Shown here: piece after piece, positions 1 through 10,541 of the stretch | Layout of the letters: every line of letters starts with the position of its first letter | How positions within the stretch are numbered: the first letter of the stretch is position 1 | Notes under the pieces: model-generated | What the model was told of the DNA's origin: nothing | Seen by the model: the letters and a program-made list of their open reading frames with translations, nothing else | Database searches by the model: none | Source of the DNA: Gonapodya sp. JEL0774 | Taxonomy: Eukaryota | DNA: 22,442 nucleotides | NCBI GenBank assembly: GCA_027604505.1 | Contig: JADIIX010000096.1 | Location: 62,001-84,442, forward strand | Direction of reading: 5' to 3' | Made by a program: the position numbers and the translations under genes

Positions 1-2
1 CA

Positions 3-257
3 CCCCACAGCTCTCCACTCTCTGAATCTGTCGGGAATACACCATCAATTGACCGTCCCCGAAAAGTACTCGATATGGGTGCTGTACACGACGAGAATAC
101 GCCACCTGGCTCAATCAGCCAATCTCGGGAGACAGATGATGAACGGATGACAAGGCTGGGGGGAGTACTTGGGATAATGGAGGACACCGTTGCGGAATTG
201 AGCGAGTGGCTCCAGAGTCAGAAGGAACGCCTGCAAGTGCCGACTATAAATCTATAG
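3..257 (+). CDS. 3' end (last exon) of an unidentified protein-coding gene
   Basis: The frame is open from the window edge to TAG at 255-257. It ends in a coiled-coil-like segment (MTRLGGVLGIMEDTVAELSEWLQSQKERLQ) and is followed by AT-rich 3'UTR-like sequence converging on the next gene. Confidence 0.5.
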   Translation, partial: PHSSPLSESVGNTPSIDRPRKVLDMGAVHDENTPPGSISQSRETDDERMTRLGGVLGIMEDTVAELSEWLQSQKERLQVPTINL

Positions 258-390
258 GGTCAGTAAGGTTTTAACTCAGCATTCTTGCTATGTATCGATT
301 GTAACAGATGTATATTCACTGTTTGCAAATGAAATTATTACAACAGGTGCAGGACCTCAGTTAACTGAGTACAAGGTCCAGGCACTATGT

Positions 391-1800
391 TCATAAATTG
401 GCCTCCTCCCTGGGTAGTTCTCCAATGAGGGTATCGCCCGCCGTAAAGCGTTTGATGTTCTCTGACACATAACGAGAAAGTTTCTGACCAACCCGCGTGT
501 TCGACCACGACATATGAGGGGTGCAGAAAATTGGGTGTGGATGATACTGGAGCACGTTTCAAACCCAACCCATTGCAATGTGTCACGAAGAGTAAGTACA
601 GAGCCGATTGAGGGACCTACACTGACATTACCTTCAACAGGGGATTGGATGCGGATATTGGCTCCCCCTTGAAGACATCGAGGGCTTAAGGAAAAATGCA
701 ACATCAGAATACCCCAGATGAGGTGGCATGCAGAAAGCTACGAACTGGCACCAGAAATCTGACCGCTCTCGACAGACTCAATCAGAGCAGACTCATCAAG
801 TAATGCACCACGACTAATGTTGACAACATAGGCTCCCTTCTTAAGCTTAGAAAAGACGTCACGGTTGACGATGTTCTCGGTTGAAGCAGACGCCGGAGCG
901 GCAATGACCAGATAATCAATAGTAGAAAGAAGGTCCGTGTTGGATGCCCTTGTTTGCGATGCGATTAAGATTGATAGTAAGTAAATTAAATAGAAAGGGG
1001 AGCTTAAAAATTGCGTAGGCAATTCACCATTCGTCTGCAGCGTACACGTTATCAACGTTAGCGGGAGGCACTCCTTGCACACTTCTCTTCGACCCAAAGA
1101 CTTCCATACCGAAAGCCTTGGCGCGCTTCGCGATCTCCAACCCGATACTTCCCAACCCCAGGATAAATATCCTTGAACCTTCAATGTCCCCGCTCGCTAA
1201 AGCGGTTCCCCGAGTCCACCAGCTATCATCTGTTGCTGGCAAAGAACGTTCATGGAAACGCTTAGCTTGGCGCAAAATCGCCGCGAGAACAAACTCTGCA
1301 ATTGCAGACGAATTGACTTGGGAGATGGTGATTCTGACAAGACCCTGAATACCAGGAAAACTGTTTGGAGGGACGGGGCTTCAGGATGACTCGCGCTGAT
1401 TAGGCACCACAAAATCTCACGTGAAATGCTCCGTCCCAGCGGATGGTGCTATCACAAGGGATACCCTCTGGAAGCAAAGTATGGAACAAGATCGGACTCT
1501 TTCAGTTGACAAGGGGATCCATCAGTCGATAGATACCTTCCACTTTTCCAAAGTCCGCTTAACATCGACAGACGTATCCCTGCCCTTAACGTTAAATGGT
1601 CCTAGCAAGATTTGAGACTGGGCAGCTAACTCGTTTTGGTTTGGATCCAAAGGAAGTGAGCTGTCGTTGTCCACTGGAACCCAGGTGATTTCAGGGGTAC
1701 GGGGGATAAGAGCACTGTAAGATTTGAAGAAAGACCCAAAGACTAAAACAGGGGTAGGAGATTGGGTGGAGTTTCCGGATGTTGGGTTTGACGTGAGCAT
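391..1800 (-). CDS. D-isomer-specific 2-hydroxyacid dehydrogenase (NAD(P)-dependent), ~357 aa, 6 exons
   Basis: Exons 1800-1537, 1467-1421, 1378-1028, 948-746, 684-632 and 546-391 join in frame across GT-AG introns. Motifs: SAGTEH, AIAEFVL, Rossmann ILGLGSIGLEIAKRAKAFGM, catalytic Arg (VNISRG), Glu (LDVFKGEP) and His (TPHMSW). Confidence 0.93.
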
Positions 1801-2296
1801 CGGATTCAAATGCGATCGCGACAAGTGGATGTTGTGGATTGCAGATAAAAGCCAGAAGAATTCCTCTTTGGGCTTGTGCCACGAGCGTGATGCGCAGAGA
1901 TTCGTCAAGAATTCGGATTGCGAAATTTATATGCTCGGCATTACTTTAGTATTAGCGCCTCAACCATCTTCTCTCCTCTCACCATCTCCGATATCAATGA
2001 TATTATGACAAACCATCGTTAAAGAGCTTCTCAAGAAGCCGTGCGGATTCCTGCAAAGTAATGGGACTTTTCAATACCCACCAATTGTGACGGTGCTCAA
2101 CTCTTAATCCATCAAATGAAGAAGTTGCCGACGCTGTCCAGGCTGGTGTACTTAAAAATTGCGAGATTAGAACTATTGTAATGCACATGAGTGCTCGGGG
2201 TAACGTAACTGAACGATCGGCACACCATCAACCGCTCCGAAGTTTTATTGCAGAATTATTCCATCACAAGCGACTCCATACGCTGCTCCATCAAAA

Positions 2297-4425
2297 ATGG
2301 ATCGGAAGAATATTGGAATCGCCGCTGCAGCCACCGCCGTGAGTCCCGTCCCGTGATGTCTGATTGATGAGTGGGGAAAGTCAAATCACATGCTTTCACA
2401 TCCAAGGCTTGGGTGAGCTACAACTACCTTCAATCAGGTCCATTTTCTCCACTTGTGGAGAGAACTCTGGGTTTGAAGCCAGACTACCCCATTGGAGGTG
2501 AAGACGTGCCTGTCGCTTGTCTGAAATCCACCAACACTTAGAATTACGACGCCATGAATCAGGTACGGTATCACAAGGCTATGAATCTGTACGTGAAGCA
2601 TTTGCGCAGAACTTTAAGGACGGAGAGGAGGTTGGAGCGTCGTTCGCGGCATTCGTTGGAGGAGAATGCGTCGTGGATTTATGGGGCGGGTATCAAGATG
2701 GCACGTTTGTGAGTTTTGTTATTGATGTCTTGGAGATATACTTGGTTTATGTTTTGGGGTGGTATGGAATCCCGGGCGATGAAATAGAAGAAGCCCTATG
2801 GACCCGACAACGTGAACGTAATTTACAGTTCAGGCAAAGCAGTAGCATCTATTGTTATGCTTTCGTTGATTGACAAGGGATTGATTCGCTGGGATCAGAA
2901 GGTAGGCGCGCACCAGGGGGCAGACTCATCGGAAAGAATGAACTAATTATCTCGTCCCACAGATCTCAGAGGTTTGGCCAGAATTTGCTCAAGGAGGAAA
3001 GGAGAATGTAACCGTGGCGGAACTCATGTCGCATAGGGGCGGTGTCGCTTGGCTTGGTGAGATGTTGTGCATCGTTCTCGACAATGCCATAGTCGTTGAT
3101 CCGCCTTGTTTTGTTCTCTCAGATCCTCCACAGCGTATGACCATAGACGAGCTCGCAGATCCTGCCAAATCTGATGTCAAGCTCGCGGCCCAACCTCACA
3201 ACCACGATGGTGTTACCACAAAAACGTACCATGCCATCACTCGGTGAGAATCTGTGTTGCGAAGGGGTCCTCCAGTGGCATTTCTGATCATTGATCACTT
3301 CCTGTCGGACAGTGGTTGGTACCTCAACGCCATTGCTCGTCGCGTGGACCCCAAACACCGTACTATCGGTGCGCTTCTTCGGGAGGAGATCTGCCCCCCT
3401 TTGGGCATCGATGTGTTCGTCGGAATGACTCCTGAAGCCGAAAAGAAATATGTGACCCTTACACCGTATCCCGTACACAAAATTTTGAAGAGAGGTGAGG
3501 GGATGCTCTGTCCAGAAGTTCATTTTACCTTATACCACATTATCCTACAGCGTTCCTCCCCTCTTGGACCCACAACCACCCACCGCTCGAGTCATGGATC
3601 TTGTCTATGATGTCTGGCCCAACTGTTGAGACCCCAGGGACGAAGTCGCTGGTTCTGTCTGGGCCAATCGTACCAAAGGGTCAAGATGCGTTGTGAGTGC
3701 CAAAGATGATGTCTTTTTCATTTTTGTGACGGTTCTTGAAGGTGGGAACCCCGTTTTCCAGCCGAATGAAAGAGTTCCTCCGGTGTGAATCCCCGTCTGC
3801 CTCAACTCTCTCCAACGGCCGAGCGGTAAGGACGTAGAGATGCTTGAGAAATTTCCGTTTTCTTATGCTCCCCCAACGCAGCTCGCAACACTGGGTGCTT
3901 TGATGGCCGCCGGTGGAACCTTTAAAGGGTACACGCACATTAAGAATCCCGCCACACTTAAAGAAGCCTATTCGCACGCTGAGACCGTAGCAACTACGGA
4001 TATTGTGACCGGGTTCTCGATACACTACACAAAGGCAGGATTTGCTCATGTCGAAGGTGAGTAATCACAGTGACGGATCTTCTGACCTGGAAACTAAAAT
4101 CAGTTGGACGATTTCTATTTTTCTGCACCAAAAAGGCAGGAAGGTTCCCGATTTCGATATCGTAAATATTCGTCGTTTCCGTGGACGTCCCAAAATGCTG
4201 TAACTTGCCCTTCTACAGGATCCAGTACCCAGTGACTGGCATCGCCCCGGCGTCGACTGGTATGGTTGGGGTGGCTACGGTGGCTCTTTAATCATGTGGT
4301 GTCCTAGCTTGAACATATCGGTCGGGTACGTGCCCAGCGCCTTGCACCCAACTGCTCTCGGAGATTTTCGGAGCGCAAGAGTCATCGAGGCTCTGATGAA
4401 TGTCGTGGAAAGTAAGGTGCGTTGA
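2297..4425 (+). CDS. Beta-lactamase-family (class C / family VIII esterase-like) serine hydrolase, 12 exons
   Basis: The spliced product has GASFAAFVGGECVVDLWGG, the catalytic SxxK motif (IYSSGK; Ser codon 2827-2829), WPEFAQGGKENVTVAELMSHRGG, YHAITRGW (catalytic Tyr), ESPSA...NGRALA and GWGGYGGS. It has a short hydrophobic N-terminus and stops at TGA 4423-4425. Confidence 0.92.
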
Positions 4426-6133
4426 TTTTTATAGCTCTTCTTGGTTTGGGGAGGCACAAGAAAACCTGTATTCATGACGTCCCGCTGTCTGTGCGAATTT
4501 GAACAGATTCGCGCAAAATAGAATGTACAAGCAAACTATACATCACAATAATTGTGGATAAATCAACACGATTGGAGGCTTTGCCAAGTGTTTGTCGCTG
4601 AAAAGAGGATGGAAATGAGAACACGTGATTTCTGTTTGTCACGTCGTCCCAATCAGCTCGAACTTTGTTGCCCCATTTGTGTTAGTTATAGTTCTCCACT
4701 GAGTCTTTTGTTGTACATCAATGTAAAACAGAAAAGACTTACTTCATTATGCGGAGACGCCAAAATATCCCGAGTCATCTTCTCGTTTGAGAGCCACGGT
4801 GAATGTTGCATCAATCGTTTTGTTATTGATATTGATGTGACAAGAAGGACTTCGACATACTGCGATTACCGGCGATGATTGACGCGATCGTTCTCGCCAT
4901 CCATTGATGAGCGTTATTGGATATGCGACTTGGTAGGTTGTGGACGGTGCCCGATCCGGCTGTCCCCGGTGTGTGCAAGCAGTACGCAGCATTAGGACGA
5001 GTGAAAACAGATTGTATTCGGACAGTTTGCTAAATTGTACAATAAGTCTACGGTATGACCTCTCCTCATCTAACCACCGAGCACTAGGAGCCTCAAGAGC
5101 TCGCCAACGGGCGTGTGTGAAGGAGACGTTAATTTAAGAATTTATTGGAGGAATCACAACTGGGACAGGTGTGAAACAAAAGGAGATCTCCTTAGTCAAC
5201 AAAGATTCTGGTTGCACACCACGGGTTTACATCGTAAACCCGACCACGTTGATGACGAGCGCCATCCAACAATTCGGCTACTCCGCCCACGATAAAGCAA
5301 AGCGAGGGGGACAAAAATATTCTCTCACACTATATGTCTTTGGTATATACTTGAGTATTTACATATCCACGTAACACTTGATAGAACTGACCACACCACC
5401 AGGGTTGAGACGGAACACATGCTTAAGCAAAAGAATTCTGAGTTTTGATTTGGTGGCGGCAGAATCATTGTTGAAATCTTTGTTCGGTAGAATGAGGCTT
5501 GTCGACGTGGTGAAGTGCGTGCTCAAAAAAAGGAAACGTTACCTCCCTGAATATCTGACCGCGACCTGATTGCGCCGCACCAGGATAAGGAAGCCACATT
5601 TCAATCGCGCACAGACGGAAAGCGAAGACTATAACGGGCTTCACAGAACGAGAAGAGCGCGCTACACATAGGTGAGGATTTCTGGACTGGCCTGCGGCTG
5701 CTCAATTCTGTGCGGAGTCCGTAGAGGCGGTGCGACATGGGAGCATATAACTGGCGTCAAGCGGTAGAAGTGACAGAATGGGAGCGACATTCCGCTGTGA
5801 GCTGTAATTCAATCCATGTAGGGTTGGATACCAGGAAGAGTTCCGTTCGGCGTTGGGGGGAGATTGCGCCGACACCTGATCTTCACGTGCGTGAAGGGGT
5901 TGGAAAGTGGACGAACACCAGAGTGATGGCAGCGGACTCAAAGTTTGCAGGAGACTGGCAGATGACCGCTACCAAACATTTGCAGAGGCGTCTCGGCAAT
6001 ATTGAGAACTCATTCAAACCTTTGTGTCTCTGAGCACTTGTTCCTGGTCTGCTTTGTTCACTCTGTCCAGCCGAATTCACTTCTCACCGCGCCTGTTATA
6101 CCCACTTTCTTAAGCTACCTACTGTTTCTGTCA

Positions 6134-9031
6134 ATGCCTATCTCATCACCCTCTATTCCAGGCGCGTTTCGACCTGACTTTGGGGAAGAGCAACCGCACT
6201 TTCACAACCAACATTCGGTCTTCAAATCAGAGCCGTCGGACACGTCGGGAATGTTCAACGCCATGCAAACGGACGAGGACATGCTCGCGGATGGAAACAA
6301 TATGTTCGATATCGACTCTTTTGTCCACTCTGATGCCCTGGACAATTACCTTGCTATCCCCGAAGACGGGTCCGCGTTGTCTCACAGCTCCGAGACTCAG
6401 GGATATGATTTTGATTTCAACTTTGATATCGAGTCACTGCTGGCCTCCTCCGCGCCACAATCGTCGGACTATACTCATCTCTCGGCATCGTCTCCATCTC
6501 ACTCCACTTCCGCCTCCGTGCAGAGTGCCCAATCCCCTTCCTTGACCTCTGTGTCCGCGTCTGGAATTGCAGACCCATCTGCTTTGGACCTTGAATCCCT
6601 TTCGGACCTAATGGACTTCCCCGTCCTTGACCTACTCCCTTCCCCTGGCCACCTCGAGTATGAGCACCGCGAAGTTGCCATCGACTTCGACTTTGAGCGC
6701 GGACAAGAAGACCTGAATGCCATGGACCACGATGGTAGTCACCACAGTTTTACTCGAATATCCCCCGACGCCGCGGTTGTTTCAATCAAGGATCTCTTTG
6801 GAGCTGCCACCAGTGCGCCTGTCAATTTATCTTCCACTGTCTCCACCTCAATATCCACTCCATCATCTGCCCCGCCCACCTTCTTTTCTCCGCCTTCACC
6901 GTCGGATTCTGGCGACAGCAGCTCATCTTCCTCGGCCGGTACCTTGGTTGACGAAAGCAACACTTATTCGCCTTATCGCTTGTCCCCTCCGGCCATCACT
7001 CATGGAGCCTCCTCTTCGAATGCGGCATCTTCCACGTGTCGGTCTGCTATCACGTCCTCTTCTTCCACACAGTCCACCGAGCGCGATAACAAGCGGGCTC
7101 GCACCACACGCAACGGTGGTGCCACTGCCAATCGTTCATCATCTGTCTCGGCAAAGCCCCCTGCTTCCACCCACTCGCTTTTCCCTCTTTCCACGATAGC
7201 CATTCCGGCCTCGGCGCTAGCTACGGCGGCAGGGACTTTCGCGATCACAATCACTCCACCTACGATGAACGCCACCATTCTACCCCAAACCCTCGTCCAG
7301 GGATCTGATTTGGCTGCCGAGACACTACGAATAATTAAGGGTCCGGAGAAGAAGAAGCCCGGAAGGAAGAAGAAGGGCGGAGCGTGTCCGCAGTCTAGTG
7401 CTTCTATTGAAGGAGGGGTTGCTCAGCAGCAGTCTGCTGCTGCTCTTGATTCCCGCAAGCGGAAATCTCCTGTCTCGGATGACGAGTCAGACATGGACTC
7501 TGACCAAGACGCGGACATCAAGATGGAGGAGTCCGTTATGACTTCGCTCGCCACCTCCACGTCGTCCACCTCCACAATGGGAATACCTCTTGCGAAATTT
7601 CCTCCCCCACGACTCGACCCGTCCATCCTGCACAACCCCAATTTTGACCGCCGGTTACTTGATCTTGATCCTGCCACTCTGCCTCCAGCCGACCGGAAAA
7701 TTCTCCGCCTGCTTAAGAACCGAGCCTCTGCGACTCTTTCGCGCGCACGCAGACGTGAGAAGCTGGCAGGATTGGAGCATGCCAGTATGAAGCTGGTCGA
7801 GGAGAACGTCGCTCTCAAGGCGTGTGTGAGGGGTCTCGAAGACGAGCTCAGAAAGGCACGTGGCGACGCCGATGCTCTTCGAAGAGAGAATGCGCGTCTC
7901 CGGGCAGCAATAGCGTCACGTCCTGCACGAGATTCGAGCGTTTCGAGCATCCCAACAAATAACGCGAGGCGCGTGAGATCTGGAGTGCAGGATCAGCAGA
8001 GCAACAAGGCTGCGGTCCTGTTTGCGGTCACTCTGCTTGGAGTAGCGTTCCTGTGGGGCGGAGTTGGAGAGATGTCCAGGATGGGCTGGGGCCCCCCAGG
8101 TCACGGGTGCGTTCCTACATTCGCACATGAACCGAAACCATATATTGATGGCGTGTTTTCCTTTCTGCTCCTTCCCAATTGCAGATCTAACCATCTCGCT
8201 CAGGTCATTCCGTCGTCACCCGCCCTGTTCGAGCGTACCATTTCCCAACCCCCCGTGGCGGCGCCTCGACTTTTAGAGCTGGGACCAGCAGTCATTGAAC
8301 TCGGTCCTGCTCCTGCTGTCATCAAGGCTGAACCTGGCTTTGGCGTAATTCCCATCGAGAGCGCCGCTTCTGTGGATCATCGAGCAACTGTACCGATGCA
8401 AGCCTTGTCGTCACCGATTGTAAAGATCGAACCTGGTACAGACGGTTCGGATCTTACGGCAACCATCCCAAGCACCTCAGTTGTCATCGCAGAAGATTGC
8501 GCTGTTCCAGACCCTGCGCACATCTCGTACCGCAACATCACTGATATGTTTGCGTCCTGCGGGAAGGAGCACATGGGTTCGTTGCCCGGCAGTGACACGG
8601 ATGCGGACAAGAATGTGGGCGAAAAGGGTATAGTGATGAAGGTTGGCGGGGATGAGAGCATGTGAGCATTCGCATAGCTACAGATTAGGTCAAGTTCATC
8701 ATCCGATTGATCCTTCTTTTACGTTTCGGCCAGTCTGCCGCTCCCAACGACCCCACCAACTCATATACGCCTCACCACGAGCCCTCCCTTTCATCAAATT
8801 CCGGACGCCTATCTATTCGCGGAGACTGTCACCACCCTCACTCCTCTGCAATCACCGGGACCTTACCCTCCTGTTCGATCCGACGGCTCCCGACCGAGAA
8901 TGCAACTTGTCGCTCCCGCCTTGGATGATGGTGCGGGAACAGTTGGGGTTGTTGGTTTGGAAGGGTTGCGGAGGAAGTTTGTGGTGATTGATTTCGAGGT
9001 CTTGGGGACAAGGGTTGTTGGCGGGCACTGA
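6134..9031 (+). CDS. Membrane-tethered bZIP transcription factor, ATF6-like, ~915 aa, 3 exons
   Basis: Exons 6134-8106, 8185-8661 and 8734-9031. Order of parts: acidic/aromatic N-terminus, Ser-rich region, basic NLS-like clusters, basic region RKILRLLKNRASATLSRARRRE with a long leucine zipper (7694-7900), hydrophobic segment AAVLFAVTLLGVAFLWG (8009-8059), and C-terminal RPRMQLVAPA...FVVIDFEVLGTRVV (8891-9019). The bZIP+TM call is secure. ATF6 orthology is inferred. Confidence 0.85.
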
Positions 9032-9720
9032 GGAGCGAGTACAAGCAACGGACGAAAGCAGGTGGCTTGAATGTCGTTTGGTGTTGAAGTTACTCAGCAG
9101 GAACTTGGAGTTGGAGGATCTTTGCGCTTGGTTCATTATCACGTACCGCTATCACAAATCACTTTTGGATTAAGAACGGGTGATGTTCCGGATGATTTCT
9201 GGTGTGACCAGTTGTTGTTTGGCGTTCGATCTACCCACCCTGGCGGTCAGTTTATCTTCTCTTTTGCGAGTGTTACACTTTTGGTTATACCGGTAATGGG
9301 TCTGGTTCTCCTTGACATCTGCATGTGCTGTAGAGCGTCGTTGGACCGGTTGAAATCCCTTGTAGTTAGTGTGAAAAAATGGGAGCGATCAAAAATACAT
9401 CTTGCAATCATCAAAGAATACCTTGTAATATTGGCATGTGGGTTCGTATAAGTCCATGATTTGGACGACAAGCCAAGAATCAGGAACTGGGAGGATCAGA
9501 TACTTCTGAACAAGCCCTCCTGTCCATTGGAAGAGTCCGCCTGAAGTTTGCACGAAGCTTACCCAGAAGCACCACACGGGACGCCTTACTCGTGGACAGC
9601 GGTTCGAGGACACATTTATCAAGAGAATATGCACAGACCTTGCTTTTACATAGGGTGACGTATTCAATTACCATCTTCTTATGTCTATCACACCGTTGAG
9701 CAGTCAAATTTATGGTGTGT

Positions 9721-9882
9721 TGGGGGGACAGGGGGTGGCGGGTGGTCGAGAAGGAGATAACGCGAGCGGGCGGGGAGCGGGAGCCCGGGGCGCAGTAGAG
9801 CAGGCGCGTCCCCCGGGACATGATACATTTGATGAGTTTTCCGTTGTGGGGTCCCCGGGGGAGAGAGCGTGCGGTGGGTGGA
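9721..9882. other. G-rich intergenic patch with a G-quadruplex motif and an imperfect inverted repeat
   Basis: GGG-C-GGGG-AGC-GGG-AGCCC-GGGG at 9768-9790. TCCCCCGGGAC (9809-9819) is nearly complementary to GTCCCCGGGGGA (9851-9862). Confidence 0.45.
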
Positions 9883-10541
9883 GCAAACAGGAGTTTGGAA
9901 CGTTACGCTCTGACAACGAACTCCCGATGAGTCTTACGGGCGGCGACGTCCAGATCAGGGATCCCAAGACCTTTACTCTGCGTATCAATAGTACACAGAA
10001 CTCACACACTTCTTTCGCCCAATGGGTTTTTATTTAAGGCATGGCATGGCTTGGATTAACATTTACAGAGTCGTTTTTTCAATGGCTCAGTGTGATCCCA
10101 GCTATCTCATGTTCATAACTTGTCCTTTCGCCCCTGGACAAACTGAATGAAAGCACTTGCTACTTCAGACCGTAGTGAATGGTCAAGCATTCTCCTGACA
10201 CGTCTGGATATGAACAGAACCGACACTAGGGAGCCACCGTCGCGCTACCATCCATGGCACCATATCATCACGCGTCGCTAAAAAATTCTTATATGTGTAA
10301 CGTGTATGTCTGTCGAGTGCTTGTTTAGGAGGCCGGTACACCGATTTCGGCGGATCAACCGTGGGAAGTACTCTCTGAAACCCAATTCTCTATCTGATAT
10401 CCAAGCACGGTGACGACTTTGAAACTTATTTCTACTGCTATTACGATTAGTACACGCTTACACTGAACCCGTGCATGTCTTTCAATGTTCATTACACTAA
10501 TGGCTATTCGCTACCAATCACGACTACGGTTTACAAACCCA

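Noticed and set aside
4430..6000. Short ORFs and ACGT-core motifs (TGACGTC ~4475, GACGTGG ~5504) upstream of the bZIP
   Set aside because: No recognisable protein, and the motifs are short enough to occur by chance. No full ERSE (CCAAT-N9-CCACG) was seen.
6002..6133. N-terminal extension of the 887-aa ORF from a TTG start
   Set aside because: Non-ATG start in a eukaryote and pyrimidine-rich UTR-like sequence. The ATG at 6134 is preferred.
9828..9915. TGATGA...GAGCGTG...CTGA resembling C/D-box or U3 snoRNA boxes
   Set aside because: No terminal stem, no U3 box A/A', and no recognisable rRNA guide.
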